A stretch of 43,159 nucleotides of DNA, taken from the IMG/VR virus record IMGVR_UViG_3300030397_000898, positions 1 through 43,159 of that record, one strand, 5' to 3'. This document shows positions 25,901 through 33,905 of this stretch, in pieces. The position numbers and the translations under genes are program-made. The notes under the pieces are model-generated. The model was not told the origin of the DNA. It was given only the letters and a program-made list of their open reading frames with translations, and did not search any database. The stretch's first letter is position 1, and the number at the start of each line of letters is the position of its first letter. This stretch comes from a virus (taxonomy: Duplodnaviria > Caudoviricetes).

Positions 25901-26698
25901 CATGCGTTTTTCATGCAAATAGGAACACAAAATATTGTAGACATCATCGTCTGGCAAGGAGCCTACGAGCAGTCAATCGAGCAAAAGCTCGGAGAAAAAG
26001 AGGCTGTGGAGAGGGCGGACGCAGCTGTGAGAACAACTCAAGGGGATTTTTCAGCTGAAAATCTATCTTCATTCGAAACTGGAAGTCCAGTTCTCAGGGC
26101 ATTTACCATGTTCTATTCTTATTTCAACATGCAGGCAAATGCTCTTGGTGCTGAATTTTTAAAGGTCCATCGTGACATGGGACTCAGGCAGGGGGCAGGT
26201 CGCCTCTTTTATGTGGCAATGTTCGGTTTTGTCCAAGTAGCTTTTGTCGCTGAATTGATTGCCCTTGGCCTTCGTGGTGATCTAGATTCTGACGATGACG
26301 ATGTTTATATAGACGATGTCCTAGCAAATTTCTTTTATGGACCATTCAGAAATGCCACTGCAATGGTTCCGATTTTTGGTCGTATCGCTCAATCTTCAGT
26401 CAACCAGCTCAATGACAAATGGTATGACGACAGAATTTCGACCACTCCAATTGTGAGCGTCTTGGAAAAAGCTGCCGCTGTACCGGCAGATGTTTACAAC
26501 GCTATTTCCGGAGATCTCAGAGCAAGCAAGGGAATTCGAGATATTCTCACTCTAGTCAGTTTGGCAACAGGGATACCGGTCGCGAACCTCGGAAGACCGG
26601 CTCAATTCTTGGCCGATGTTTCTGACGATAAAGTTGAAGCTGACGATCCAATTGATTTCGTCACAGGTGTTTTGACGGGCCGGGGTGAAAGAAAGTAA
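19934..26698 (+). CDS. Giant internal virion/DNA ejection protein with zincin-like motif
   Basis: 2254 aa; ADMSTFLHESGHYFL...HEMFAQGMEKY; C-terminal GGYVP and FTMFYSYFN motifs; upstream of the tail fibre. Confidence 0.8.
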   Translation: MGDTNDGGFGDWYARETADRNKRSQNQQQPSTGFDDGGFGDWYSHKKSIEVAAANTSIVEGNKIPQDRAFRISRVNLKTGWSPELIDAHLEEFEHRVFERDFDINKFVKESPTIARWIAESPTHSSMTRDEIKKMADVEKLIRRKRLSWPLPEKEINRRATAMAERWRTQQRDQAKSLFGSRPEMLEAQFGHIDQRLEEIRNDALETLRDEEEFIRESGRVGFFEAVSQRADENPLFLVPFLGAGPDIQKSTELMLAAFALEDGEETQEQKDLLVRYARMAEAAERRGTNVWGATAQIMTELPATAIEFGLTAGTFSAAKLAILKGGRKGIEKFLRGSVNKLLNRNLNRALRVTAATGGALAQTGIAGLPEIIRGTVEGVTPPGNLTVDKDGNMSFEVFPEKGKSFGVSLSKSIVTSFTEIASERAGGTTLFKLLEKGQNKVLFGWWRGKNKFARKSEAAVAFQKAVRAGGIHGVLGEMGEEEVAKLMQAVAGIQPYRLPTGKELAAQAMAFGAPAVVRGGLGFVGPEIQTTNTNITRDIANTVKDTKLMQEAPQHVERLVKESLRGTELGTTYIPIEAWQDYWESQRDESGVTGNPRAVAKQIMGDTKAYDVAAETGIDLAMPTEKYVRHIAATEHAEFFQEEHRLDPRDMTSKEADAFFSRANQTERADNVEGVGTVVQQAQDISDNIAKQLRKTKYDPIASDTFAKAYEAFFRTQGIREGLSPQQIFDQLRLQVSGEDRRKKIEEDADTDVTPELEAFASEVENLASDLGINVEQLNNDIESTLNELGVDNIKDFKDLTSEQIEEAEKQLSELFGENAARAIIKAAQEFSNLTDQPTATVEAEQEALEEPDSQFEQDVSVDKPRGRIRFGDSNEVEITVFENADMSTFLHESGHYFLEVLSNLSRREEASDQLKADFNAIKTWFSEMDGAEALAQVENFAVKMEKRARENPENKVLQAQAKNARKAFNSAKRRGGADFMKKVAENFGTNIKDKKMRGVIMTPYHEMFAQGMEKYFATASSAPSRELRSVFARFRTWLARIYNKLKGLDVELSPEVTGVMDRMFATDEEITATMGEQGMVPLLPEVEKIVSGKTAKKLRDALENVVTTAQERLNQNIMEREERKKKKEWKENRQRVSEEFMKDFNAERVTISLSVLQTGKMPDGSDLPSGLEPIKLSRRKMVEIFGSERVKNLPNNIMSVEGIFRVINAETGKTRRKFETFDEAREFKKGKKGLKIEEEKLAFNVVDPEAASGMLGYETSGQMVSDMEMRLFDYNFSGSKESYVNEKIDERMEEEFGDPAEFTQIPDDVMDALHNDSRSELLRLEMEVLVSEEFSTFKKLVQRVAKPIPTIQSVRERAQRDIDNTIVRDVRPIVFLRAEQKWAKRAMERMLKGDFQGVVEAKSNELLNHEKYIAAIQFKEKLAKDLKFFQKLSRSDAKLSKSRDVDFVNGGRAILAEYGLQRSDRKAQDFLKSLREFGDPDQSQTIMDMVDIVTKDAADYREVSADKFKFMSETVRSLFDLSIRNRKIEIEGQLIDREEVKEALFKRIDEIRGKPLEVKKFNRNKSKWEDTKFELMGWKAALTRVEPWADAMDGNDPSKPFTRLIWRPISQATNKYREDRNIHVKAYLDLLKTREEALKDTSEIDAPELGAGEKFQSKSELLGAILHTGNESNLSKLIRGYGWGTLKADGTLDTSKWDRFTRRMWSEGILTREDYEFAQSVWDLMEKMKPAAQRAHKKMYGHFFNEVTAQEIVTPFGTFKGGYVPANVAPNADPVTDIRREKEDFERSNNSFMFPTSGRGFTRSRMEGYSKPLELGLQFLPRHIDNVMRFVHIEPHVKDLGRLFNDADFVGVMHDFDQGVVTKMLMPWLQRAASQRVDTPTKHKGFDQFWRALRSRTSQIFMFADVVNSLQQFTGLSLAAIKVPPKYLRNGLYSYIRDHKGIADLIAEKSLFMKNRTSTQLIETRNEIEDLILNPTKFERAKDFADKHAFFMQIGTQNIVDIIVWQGAYEQSIEQKLGEKEAVERADAAVRTTQGDFSAENLSSFETGSPVLRAFTMFYSYFNMQANALGAEFLKVHRDMGLRQGAGRLFYVAMFGFVQVAFVAELIALGLRGDLDSDDDDVYIDDVLANFFYGPFRNATAMVPIFGRIAQSSVNQLNDKWYDDRISTTPIVSVLEKAAAVPADVYNAISGDLRASKGIRDILTLVSLATGIPVANLGRPAQFLADVSDDKVEADDPIDFVTGVLTGRGERK

Positions 26699-26718
26699 TC
26701 TGATATGGGAGAAAGCAA

Positions 26719-28863
26719 ATGACCCTACCAATCACTCTAACTAGAAATAACTATATTGGGAACAACACAACTCCCATATATGGATTTGACTATTTCATTT
26801 TTCTAAAAACAGATCTTCTGGTTACGAAGAGGATCATTGCAACAGGAGTTGAAACGACGCTAGTTCTTGGCGCTGATTATACGGTTCCAGAAGCGGATCT
26901 TAAAAAGCCAAATGGTGGGAATATCACACTCACTGCTGGAAATCTTCTTGCAACTGAAGCTCTGACAATTCGTCGTGTTCGTCCATTAACTCAAAAAACG
27001 GACATTAGAAACCAAGGTGATTACAACCGTGCTGCTCACGAAGATGCATTTGACCATTTAATGATGGTTCTCCAGCAGCAACAAGATGAAATTGATCGTT
27101 CTATTAAAATGCCTGAAACAATCAGCACTGGAAACAATACTCTTCCAGCAAGCATTGCAGCCAACCACATTGTCATGCGAAATGCGACGAATGACGGTTG
27201 GAACAGTGGAACAATCGCAGCTTCAGGAAACATCATTGTTCCGGGTGGAAATGGATTTGCTGTCTACACTGGATCAAACACATTCATCAATAGAACAATA
27301 ACTGGTTCTGGACGGATCACTGTGACCAATGGTGATGGTCAATCAGGAAATCCTACATTGGATATTGAAAACGGATTTAGACTTCCATGCGCTGTCGGTC
27401 CTCAATCAACGCCAAATGACACCGTTCATGTTTATGCTGGTTGGGTCCCTGACTTTACTGATCCTTCATCAGCTCCAACGACAATTGCAGATGATGCAGC
27501 AAGCGCCATTGCATTTCCAGTTGTCAGTGGAAACAGCAGGATCGACCTTCTTGTTGTTGATAAAGATGGAACCTTTTCTCGTGTTGCTGGAACTGAGGCG
27601 GCTTCACCAGTTCCCCCTGCATACCCTGAAGACAAATATGTTTTATGTCATGTGCTTGTTGACGAAACATCTGACGTTGATATTGAAGCGGCTGATATCA
27701 CTCCTAGATACCCTCTTTGGGATAGACCGGGTTCAGCTCTTTCAGCATTGTCTCCCGGATTCGGAGCTCCTGAATCAGCAGTGTTGAAAAATGACACTAA
27801 CGGAAACAATGTTGACATGACCAATCATCCGTCTTCGTCGGCAATTAAAAACATTCAAGAAGGACTTTTGGCTTATTGGGATTTTGCCACAGCTCCGATC
27901 ACTTTTTTAAATGGCGGTACTTCTAACCCATACATGTGGGCTGATGCTGACGGTCGTTGGTGTATAAAGCAAACTCGCGTTGACGATATGAGTGCCGGTC
28001 AACCAGACACATGGGATAACGCAAAGGGTGTAAGCTCAAGCGGTCAGTGCCCTCTTATTCGCGGCTCAGGTTCGACAAGCGACACCTCAAATTGTCGATT
28101 GGTTTCTAATAACGCGAATGAAGGAACTACTTACATCTCTGGAATTAATGCCGGACACATTCAACCGAATGATTCAACTTCTGCTGCCGGAGATTCCATT
28201 CTTGGTTGGACTCCTGAGGTGACCTCATACGATCCATGTAATCAGTCAGGACAATTGTCAATGTCCGTTTGGGTTAAACGAGTTGTAGATTTCACTTCAT
28301 TATCATGGGACAAAATTACTCCATGTGCTTTGAATGCAAATTATCCAAACCCTGTTTCTGGAATGCCTAATCTTGGATGGCATAAATCAGGTCCGATGGG
28401 AGACAATGATTTTGGCCCCATCACAGGTGACGGTTCATTTGCTTGGACAACAGACTTATTCACTATTGGAGCTGCCAATGGAGTGAGCACCACAATAAAC
28501 GTTTGGTTTCATGTTGGATGGACTCTCGATGATATTGCTGGTGAAGCAAAGTGGTATCACAACGGAGTTTTGATCGCAACTAAGTCTTACACTGGAGTTG
28601 CAAAAACGGCCCTTCACTTTAGTAATAATGTAACATCCGGAAGAAACGGGCCCAGTTTCAGAGCCGAAGTTAAGAGCGCCGGGACCATTACAAACAACCA
28701 AACTTTTGCTGACTTCACTGGAGTTGGAATTTGGAATAGAGTTCTTTCTCTGGCAGAAATGCAGACAATTTATAACAGCGGTGATTCTTATCATCTCAAG
28801 AGATCGGGACCATGGATTGCCATGATCCATGAGGGAATTAACGGAAACCACCCGGCTCACTAA
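26719..28863 (+). CDS. Tail fibre with T7-type N-terminal anchor and LamG-like C-terminal domain
   Basis: N-terminal YIGNNTT..YGFDY..DYTV..HEDAFDHLMM; C-terminal SMSVWVK, WFHVGWT, WYHNG, IWNRVLSLAEMQTIYN. Confidence 0.85.
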   Translation: MTLPITLTRNNYIGNNTTPIYGFDYFIFLKTDLLVTKRIIATGVETTLVLGADYTVPEADLKKPNGGNITLTAGNLLATEALTIRRVRPLTQKTDIRNQGDYNRAAHEDAFDHLMMVLQQQQDEIDRSIKMPETISTGNNTLPASIAANHIVMRNATNDGWNSGTIAASGNIIVPGGNGFAVYTGSNTFINRTITGSGRITVTNGDGQSGNPTLDIENGFRLPCAVGPQSTPNDTVHVYAGWVPDFTDPSSAPTTIADDAASAIAFPVVSGNSRIDLLVVDKDGTFSRVAGTEAASPVPPAYPEDKYVLCHVLVDETSDVDIEAADITPRYPLWDRPGSALSALSPGFGAPESAVLKNDTNGNNVDMTNHPSSSAIKNIQEGLLAYWDFATAPITFLNGGTSNPYMWADADGRWCIKQTRVDDMSAGQPDTWDNAKGVSSSGQCPLIRGSGSTSDTSNCRLVSNNANEGTTYISGINAGHIQPNDSTSAAGDSILGWTPEVTSYDPCNQSGQLSMSVWVKRVVDFTSLSWDKITPCALNANYPNPVSGMPNLGWHKSGPMGDNDFGPITGDGSFAWTTDLFTIGAANGVSTTINVWFHVGWTLDDIAGEAKWYHNGVLIATKSYTGVAKTALHFSNNVTSGRNGPSFRAEVKSAGTITNNQTFADFTGVGIWNRVLSLAEMQTIYNSGDSYHLKRSGPWIAMIHEGINGNHPAH

Positions 28864-28874
28864 GGAGGAATGAA

Positions 28875-29225
28875 ATGCCAACTTATGCAAATGTAGACCC
28901 GACAACAAAAATCGTGAGAAAAATTCTCCCCGCAGATCCTTACATGGTGAACGGGGAGCCTCAAAACCCTCAGATCAAGGAGGTGCCAGCTGGAACACTC
29001 GCCGGTGATTACACGTCAGATTATGTTTCGTACAGTCGTCCAACGAACGGCGACAAAATATGCGATGAAGCATGTAGAGATGCAATATGGAACAGAGCAC
29101 TTCCGGCAATTCCTGCTTTGTCGTGGGACAATATGACGACCGCTCAGAGAAAAGTGGCTATGGGTCAGAAGGATCAATTAACTCCGCAGGATTGGGATGC
29201 TCTTTACACGAGCCATCCTGAGTAA
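28875..29225 (+). CDS. Hypothetical protein (possible fibre chaperone)
   Basis: 116 aa, AAGGAGG SD, last gene of the late arm. Confidence 0.6.
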   Translation: MPTYANVDPTTKIVRKILPADPYMVNGEPQNPQIKEVPAGTLAGDYTSDYVSYSRPTNGDKICDEACRDAIWNRALPAIPALSWDNMTTAQRKVAMGQKDQLTPQDWDALYTSHPE

Positions 29226-29346
29226 CGTCATAGACCGCTAGGCCGAAGTACTTAGACATTTCCCAGACAGCGTCAATCGTTTTCAGGTTCCGATTGAATT
29301 GAGCTCTCACTCGCCTCTTCAGCTCTATGAAGTCCGACTCTCTCAT
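29158..29346 (-). CDS. Possible hypothetical protein (MRESDFIELK...)
   Basis: Internal ATG of track ORF 29158-29496; overlaps both neighbours. Confidence 0.3.
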   Translation of the reverse strand: MRESDFIELKRRVRAQFNRNLKTIDAVWEMSKYFGLAVYDVTQDGSCKEHPNPAELIDPSDP

Positions 29347-29506
29347 TTCGTAGTTTTTCATTTTCCTCGATAAGTTGGTTGCATCTTTCGAGCATTTTGT
29401 GGACGGCCTCATGATAGTGAGTAACCAGCCACGAAGCCTGTTCAACCTGCTGGCGATAATCCTCAAGAAGTTGAGCAGACTCTTTGCATTTCGCACATTC
29501 CATCAA
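29273..29506 (-). CDS. Hypothetical coiled-coil protein with CxxC
   Basis: 77 aa, coupled to the upstream stop. Confidence 0.55.
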   Translation of the reverse strand: MMECAKCKESAQLLEDYRQQVEQASWLVTHYHEAVHKMLERCNQLIEENEKLRNERVGLHRAEEASESSIQSEPEND

Positions 29507-29742
29507 CTAGATTCTACAGCCTTTTTCGAAACTGCCTTCTTAATTAGCATTTCAGCCAAAGCATCCATTCTCTCGGATTCTCCGGCCTTCATCTGGACTA
29601 GGTGGGCGACGCACCTGTTGGCGTCTTCAATGGTCGCACAGCGACATACTGACACATAGTCATCTTCACCCAAAACCTTGAAAATTACTTCAGCCGTGCC
29701 ATCGCTGTTTCCTCTGGCTGAATATGTAATGTATTCGCTCAT
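29503..29742 (-). CDS. Hypothetical protein
   Basis: 79 aa, ATGA overlap, AAGGAG SD. Confidence 0.65.
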   Translation of the reverse strand: MSEYITYSARGNSDGTAEVIFKVLGEDDYVSVCRCATIEDANRCVAHLVQMKAGESERMDALAEMLIKKAVSKKAVESS

Positions 29743-30074
29743 GACATCTCCTTTAATTTCTTTGCTTTATCCTGACACCTCAAACAATGGTCTGTGATGA
29801 GATCAATATCATCCAGATGAGTGATGAGGTCTATCGTGTTTTTGTACGTTCTATTCAAATTGTAAAGTCTCTCGTTTTGAACCTTCAAATAGACCAATTC
29901 CTTCATGGCCTGTTTGTATTGACTCCAGCTGTCATCGGATTCCTTGTCCGATTTCTCAAGCCTATTGGCTAATTCAATTGCCGCGCAAGCCATGCACTCT
30001 TTTGAGCCAGAGCATGAGTGCGCTGATATTTGTCTCAGCCAATCAATCACTTCCTTGTTGGATTGAACTGTCAT
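29739..30074 (-). CDS. Hypothetical Cys-containing protein
   Basis: 111 aa, in the coupled early operon. Confidence 0.6.
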   Translation of the reverse strand: MTVQSNKEVIDWLRQISAHSCSGSKECMACAAIELANRLEKSDKESDDSWSQYKQAMKELVYLKVQNERLYNLNRTYKNTIDLITHLDDIDLITDHCLRCQDKAKKLKEMS

Positions 30075-30207
30075 TTATTTTCCTCGCTTCTGCAAAAACG
30101 CTGATAAGGCCAATGGCCTCGTCCATAGGGATGCGAGAAACAATATGCTGGTGGCCTTTATCATCTACCCAAAATGATATCACTGGCTCAGCAGGGAAGA
30201 AAATCAT
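30043..30207 (-). CDS. Hypothetical protein, 54 aa (not in ORF track)
   Basis: MIFFPAEPVISFWVDDKGHQH...; ATGA overlap with the upstream stop; fills the operon gap. Confidence 0.5.
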   Translation of the reverse strand: MIFFPAEPVISFWVDDKGHQHIVSRIPMDEAIGLISVFAEARKINDSSIQQGSD

Positions 30208-30437
30208 GAGAATCTAAATGTGGATTTGTAGCGGTGAACACCCAATTCCACCATTCTTGATGTGTCAAGAGTGGTCCTGACGGCAGTGACTTTTTCTTCG
30301 TTTCCTGAGAAGAAATCGTTTATTTCTTCCAACAACTGTTCCTCTGAAATCTCTTCTTTTTTCACGACCTTGATCTCTCTCAGGTCACCTCTCTCAATTG
30401 TTTCTTTTTGAAAAATTCTCTCTATCGGCTTATTCAT
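30204..30437 (-). CDS. Hypothetical protein
   Basis: 77 aa, AGGAGG SD. Confidence 0.6.
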   Translation of the reverse strand: MNKPIERIFQKETIERGDLREIKVVKKEEISEEQLLEEINDFFSGNEEKVTAVRTTLDTSRMVELGVHRYKSTFRFS

Positions 30438-30806
30438 TTCAACCTCCTGATGAGTCCGTAAAATTTATTTGCCACCGTTCCTAACAGCCAGCCAAGGGCG
30501 AAGACTAGCGGCGCTTGCTCTTGCAGCCGGTCCATTTCTTCTTCGACGGACTCCACTTTTTTGTTTCCCTTTTGGTATTTCACGCCATTTGAGTTTACCC
30601 TCAAGTCGGTGGGATCGTAGAAACCCCGCCAGTTCGACGTAGCCAATTCCGTTTTCTCTTGCAAATTGTTCATCTTCTGCCGCCTTTAAATAGACTTTTT
30701 TTATTCGTTCGCTTTCCTCTGCAACTGCCCATGGCAGTTCAATTCTTTTCCTGTCAAATTCCATCGCAGGCCTCATGAAATTCAATGTAAAAGAGGATGT
30801 CATCAA
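30434..30806 (-). CDS. Hypothetical protein apparently split by a +1 frameshift
   Basis: Overlapping track ORFs 30465-30806 and 30434-30673 join into one ORF of about 123 aa if one base is removed from the A6 run (plus-strand T6, 30557-30562). Confidence 0.5.
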
Positions 30807-31126
30807 TCAATCCCTTTAAAACCTTTTCCAAAATTTCCTTTTCCATCTTCGTTCCTTTCTCCTCTCGTGTCGAAAATTTCCCTGTAAGTCTTTAGATAAT
30901 TGTCAGACTGCTTCATAAGAGAGACAGTTATCCCGCCAGCTGGCCCATGACATTTTGAGCATGCTTTTGTAACGACTCTTATAAGAGCCCATGGGTTCGG
31001 CTCGTTTGCAGCTGGCTCAACTTCACTGTCAAGCTCCTCACCGCAATCAGCGCATGTCGCCCAATGGTTGAAATACTGTCCGTTGCATTCAATCTTATGT
31101 TTTGTCCATGGCAATTTCTTACTCAC
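30803..31126 (-). CDS. Zn-ribbon-like hypothetical protein
   Basis: Likely GTG start at 31126 overlapping the end of the upstream ORF; CADC and CSKC pairs. Confidence 0.55.
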   Translation of the reverse strand: MSKKLPWTKHKIECNGQYFNHWATCADCGEELDSEVEPAANEPNPWALIRVVTKACSKCHGPAGGITVSLMKQSDNYLKTYREIFDTRGERNEDGKGNFGKGFKGID

Positions 31127-31304
31127 AGTCACCTTTCTGAGCTTGGTCACCTTCGCAGCAGTGGATTGTTCCAGAGCCATGGCAATGGTTACATTGAAGC
31201 GTTGCCTCAATCCTATCCCCAATTTTATATATTTCACTGTTACTTGATCTGACAACTCCAGATGAAAATGTTTTACCTGTTCCATGGCAATTAGGACAAT
31301 TCAT
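31119..31304 (-). CDS. DnaJ-type zinc-finger mini-protein
   Basis: Two CxxCxGxG motifs (CPNCHGTG, CNHCHGSG). Confidence 0.65.
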   Translation of the reverse strand: MNCPNCHGTGKTFSSGVVRSSNSEIYKIGDRIEATLQCNHCHGSGTIHCCEGDQAQKGDCE

Positions 31305-31798
31305 GATCGCCTGCTTTTTATATATTCAAGATATTTCCTCATCCAAATTCCTCTATCGCAATCGCATTTTTTAGGATCGTCAGTTTTTTTATGTCCTTCA
31401 GTGCCCCCATATAAACATCCATAGGCATGATCTGAAAACCTTACAGTATCTATTAGGCAGTCAATTAAAAATTTATTTTCTTCTTTTTGTCTCAAGGCCG
31501 ATTCAAGTTCCTCTCCCTTTTCTGTCATTTTGACAACATAGTCAGCTATTTTTTCAAATTCAGTAGAGCAATCATAATCGGGGTTATCGCATTCACAGAG
31601 CGGAAGCGATCCGCAATTATTACAAATATTGTCCCTTTCATTTTCTATATCAAATTTAGAAATGGCGATCCTTATCTCGCCCCAATCGCTCCCATATCCA
31701 CGCTCATAAAAATAATCAAGAAGATCATCCTTGGCTTTTCTATATGTTGAGTGAGAACTTATTTCCCCCTCATCACCGGTGACTACAAAATATTCCAT
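31301..31798 (-). CDS. Hypothetical Cys-rich protein
   Basis: 165 aa, CNNC...CEC and CDC motifs. Confidence 0.6.
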   Translation of the reverse strand: MEYFVVTGDEGEISSHSTYRKAKDDLLDYFYERGYGSDWGEIRIAISKFDIENERDNICNNCGSLPLCECDNPDYDCSTEFEKIADYVVKMTEKGEELESALRQKEENKFLIDCLIDTVRFSDHAYGCLYGGTEGHKKTDDPKKCDCDRGIWMRKYLEYIKSRRS

Positions 31799-32212
31799 TT
31801 AATCTTCTTTCCTCTCCGTTGAATAAGTTACTTCGTGATAAATATCAACCTTCATCGTGTTATCACAATAACCGCATTCTATTTCCTCTGTGTCAGGATC
31901 AAGCTCCCAAGCGTCTCCATATTCATGACCGCAATAAGGGCAAATTGGAGAGTCATTGTGATCTAGAAAAAAATCACCTTCTCTTTCAAGTCTTTTCTCG
32001 AACTCCTCTATAGTCCTTTGAATTTCTTTTTTCTTGCAAGGCTTGCATATAATTCCTTCTTTATGCCACCAAGGTATTTCATCTAAATCCTTTCTTCTTA
32101 CACCGCAATTTATACACACGTCATGTGTCTCACATTTCTTATATTTTAATTCCCATTTGTATGGGATCAGTTCGACGCCTTCACATATTGGGCATGGTAG
32201 TTCTTCGCTCAT
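31799..32212 (-). CDS. Multi-zinc-finger hypothetical protein
   Basis: CPIC, CINC, CKPC, CPYC, CGYC pairs. Confidence 0.65.
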   Translation of the reverse strand: MSEELPCPICEGVELIPYKWELKYKKCETHDVCINCGVRRKDLDEIPWWHKEGIICKPCKKKEIQRTIEEFEKRLEREGDFFLDHNDSPICPYCGHEYGDAWELDPDTEEIECGYCDNTMKVDIYHEVTYSTERKED

Positions 32213-32565
32213 GCATCACCCCAATTTTCCTGCGTGAATGGAGGGTGTTGTTCACTTCTCTGTTCGGTGTTGGTGAGGACACTATCACACATATTCCTTA
32301 GTGGAATCTTCTCAATAGTCTTAATAGTTGGAGCAACCGTTAAGTATCGGATCGCTTTCAACGCCCCTTCAAGCGTGGTGATGCGTTCCTTTAACCTAGA
32401 TGTTTCACTCACATACTTCTGGCATCCCATGTCAATCTCATGTGCTAGATCCTTCTCTAGCTCCTTGATGCGGGTGCGGAGTTGTTCAATGTCTTTAATG
32501 TAGAACTCTTGACGGTCTGGGAACTTAGGATTAAAACCACATGGCTGTATATCAATCATCTCCAA
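32209..32565 (-). CDS. Hypothetical coiled-coil protein
   Basis: 118 aa, GGAG SD, TTG start. Confidence 0.55.
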   Translation of the reverse strand: MEMIDIQPCGFNPKFPDRQEFYIKDIEQLRTRIKELEKDLAHEIDMGCQKYVSETSRLKERITTLEGALKAIRYLTVAPTIKTIEKIPLRNMCDSVLTNTEQRSEQHPPFTQENWGDA

Positions 32566-32577
32566 AACTCCCGCAAA

Positions 32578-32886
32578 TCATGGCGTAATCGTAGGAACGA
32601 CCTCACCAGTTGTCGGGCTAATGCCGATACCGATTCCCACGCCTTTATCTTTTTTCTTTGGTTTTTGACCGGGCAATAATTCAGATCTGTAGAGCCCACG
32701 CCATTCGTCTATGGTCAGATGTTTATAGTCGGGGTTCAATTTAATCCAGCCGTTATAACTGTCGTAATAACCGGCATTCGGGTCATATGGTTTCCTCTCA
32801 GGAAATTCCCCGAACATGATCATCAGGAAAACAACAGTGCATATAACACCAACAATTGCAAAAGCTATTTTTTCATCCTTCTGCAT
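32578..32886 (-). CDS. Membrane-anchored hypothetical protein
   Basis: N-terminal TM helix IAFAIVGVICTVVFLMIMF. Confidence 0.6.
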   Translation of the reverse strand: MQKDEKIAFAIVGVICTVVFLMIMFGEFPERKPYDPNAGYYDSYNGWIKLNPDYKHLTIDEWRGLYRSELLPGQKPKKKDKGVGIGIGISPTTGEVVPTITP

Positions 32887-33289
32887 TATTCAAGTCCTTT
32901 CTGCATTCAGGACAATGGTCCTTTTGGTATTGGATTGCCGCTGGTTTAGTTGTCCCGTCTATGAACACGTCAATTGAAAAAGTGTGATCGCATTCAATTG
33001 GTTCTTTATTTCCTATTTCATATATTGGCTTGATATCTAAAAGAATGGCTTTATGAGTTGGCGCTCTGTTTTGAGAATCAGGACCAAATATCATGACATG
33101 ATTAATTGGAATGTCACCTTCCTTCCACCATCCAGTGACTTCAGTTCCATGTTTTTTTAATTTAATTTCCATTAATTTATTTAATTCGTTAGTCATCCGG
33201 ATGGCCTCTTGAGGTGAGGTCAACTTGGTTTTAATCGCCCTGTCCATTCTCGAGCCAACTTCAGATACATCAAAATAGATCCCATTCAT
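32873..33289 (-). CDS. Hypothetical protein
   Basis: 138 aa, C-terminal CDH...CPEC. Confidence 0.6.
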   Translation of the reverse strand: MNGIYFDVSEVGSRMDRAIKTKLTSPQEAIRMTNELNKLMEIKLKKHGTEVTGWWKEGDIPINHVMIFGPDSQNRAPTHKAILLDIKPIYEIGNKEPIECDHTFSIDVFIDGTTKPAAIQYQKDHCPECRKDLNNAEG

Positions 33290-33732
33290 GTCCTCACCTC
33301 ATCTTGTTTCCTCTGAATTTCAACGGCCTTAGATAATGCCTTTTCAAGTGTCGATGCATAGACCGTGTAAGATCCGATGGGCGTGTCTGGATACCACTGA
33401 ACTTCCCATATCGATCTATTTTCAAAGGCCTTTTCCATCTCACCTTCAACCCATTGGTCTTCGTGACCGCAGGCGTGGGTGACAATTCCCTGCCACCAAT
33501 CTTCAGGCTCTTCATATGAAGTGGTGAAGTCATTGTGGGTGATGTTTAATGACGCATGATGCCTTGGCAATTCAATTGAAACATCAAGTTGAATATCCAA
33601 TATCTCATCATGATCAAGTTGCCAGTCTTCTCCATTCCAGAAAAATACCGTGCCGTCTCCAAGAAGATTGATGTCCTTGGTCTTCATATATTTTTGCGTT
33701 TCTCTATTAAACGCTCTGAATGTAACTCTCAT
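33286..33732 (-). CDS. Hypothetical protein with YopX-like N-terminus
   Basis: ATG 33732 MRVTFRAFNRETQKYM resembles the YopX start; C-terminal WEVQWYPDTPIGSY motif. Confidence 0.55.
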   Translation of the reverse strand: MRVTFRAFNRETQKYMKTKDINLLGDGTVFFWNGEDWQLDHDEILDIQLDVSIELPRHHASLNITHNDFTTSYEEPEDWWQGIVTHACGHEDQWVEGEMEKAFENRSIWEVQWYPDTPIGSYTVYASTLEKALSKAVEIQRKQDEVRT

Positions 33733-33905
33733 ACTTTGAACACCTCGTGGTCTCCGCACCAGTCATTTTTTCTGGTTGTCCTCCATTCAGTAACAACAGT
33801 TCTTCCACATGCAACCACAGTGGGTGGTCCGATCCTACATCTTCCATGCTCGGGCTTTCTCGGATCTTCAGTCCAATACATGCATGTTTGACATTCGTCC
33901 TTCAT
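33729..33905 (-). CDS. Small four-Cys protein, 58 aa (not in ORF track)
   Basis: MKDECQTCMYW...GRCRIGPP...NDWCGDH; ATGA overlaps at both ends. Confidence 0.65.
   Translation of the reverse strand: MKDECQTCMYWTEDPRKPEHGRCRIGPPTVVACGRTVVTEWRTTRKNDWCGDHEVFKV

Noticed and set aside
28400-29500. Diversity-generating retroelement as in BPP-1
   Set aside because: No reverse transcriptase motifs, no Avd-like gene and no template/variable repeat pair seen.
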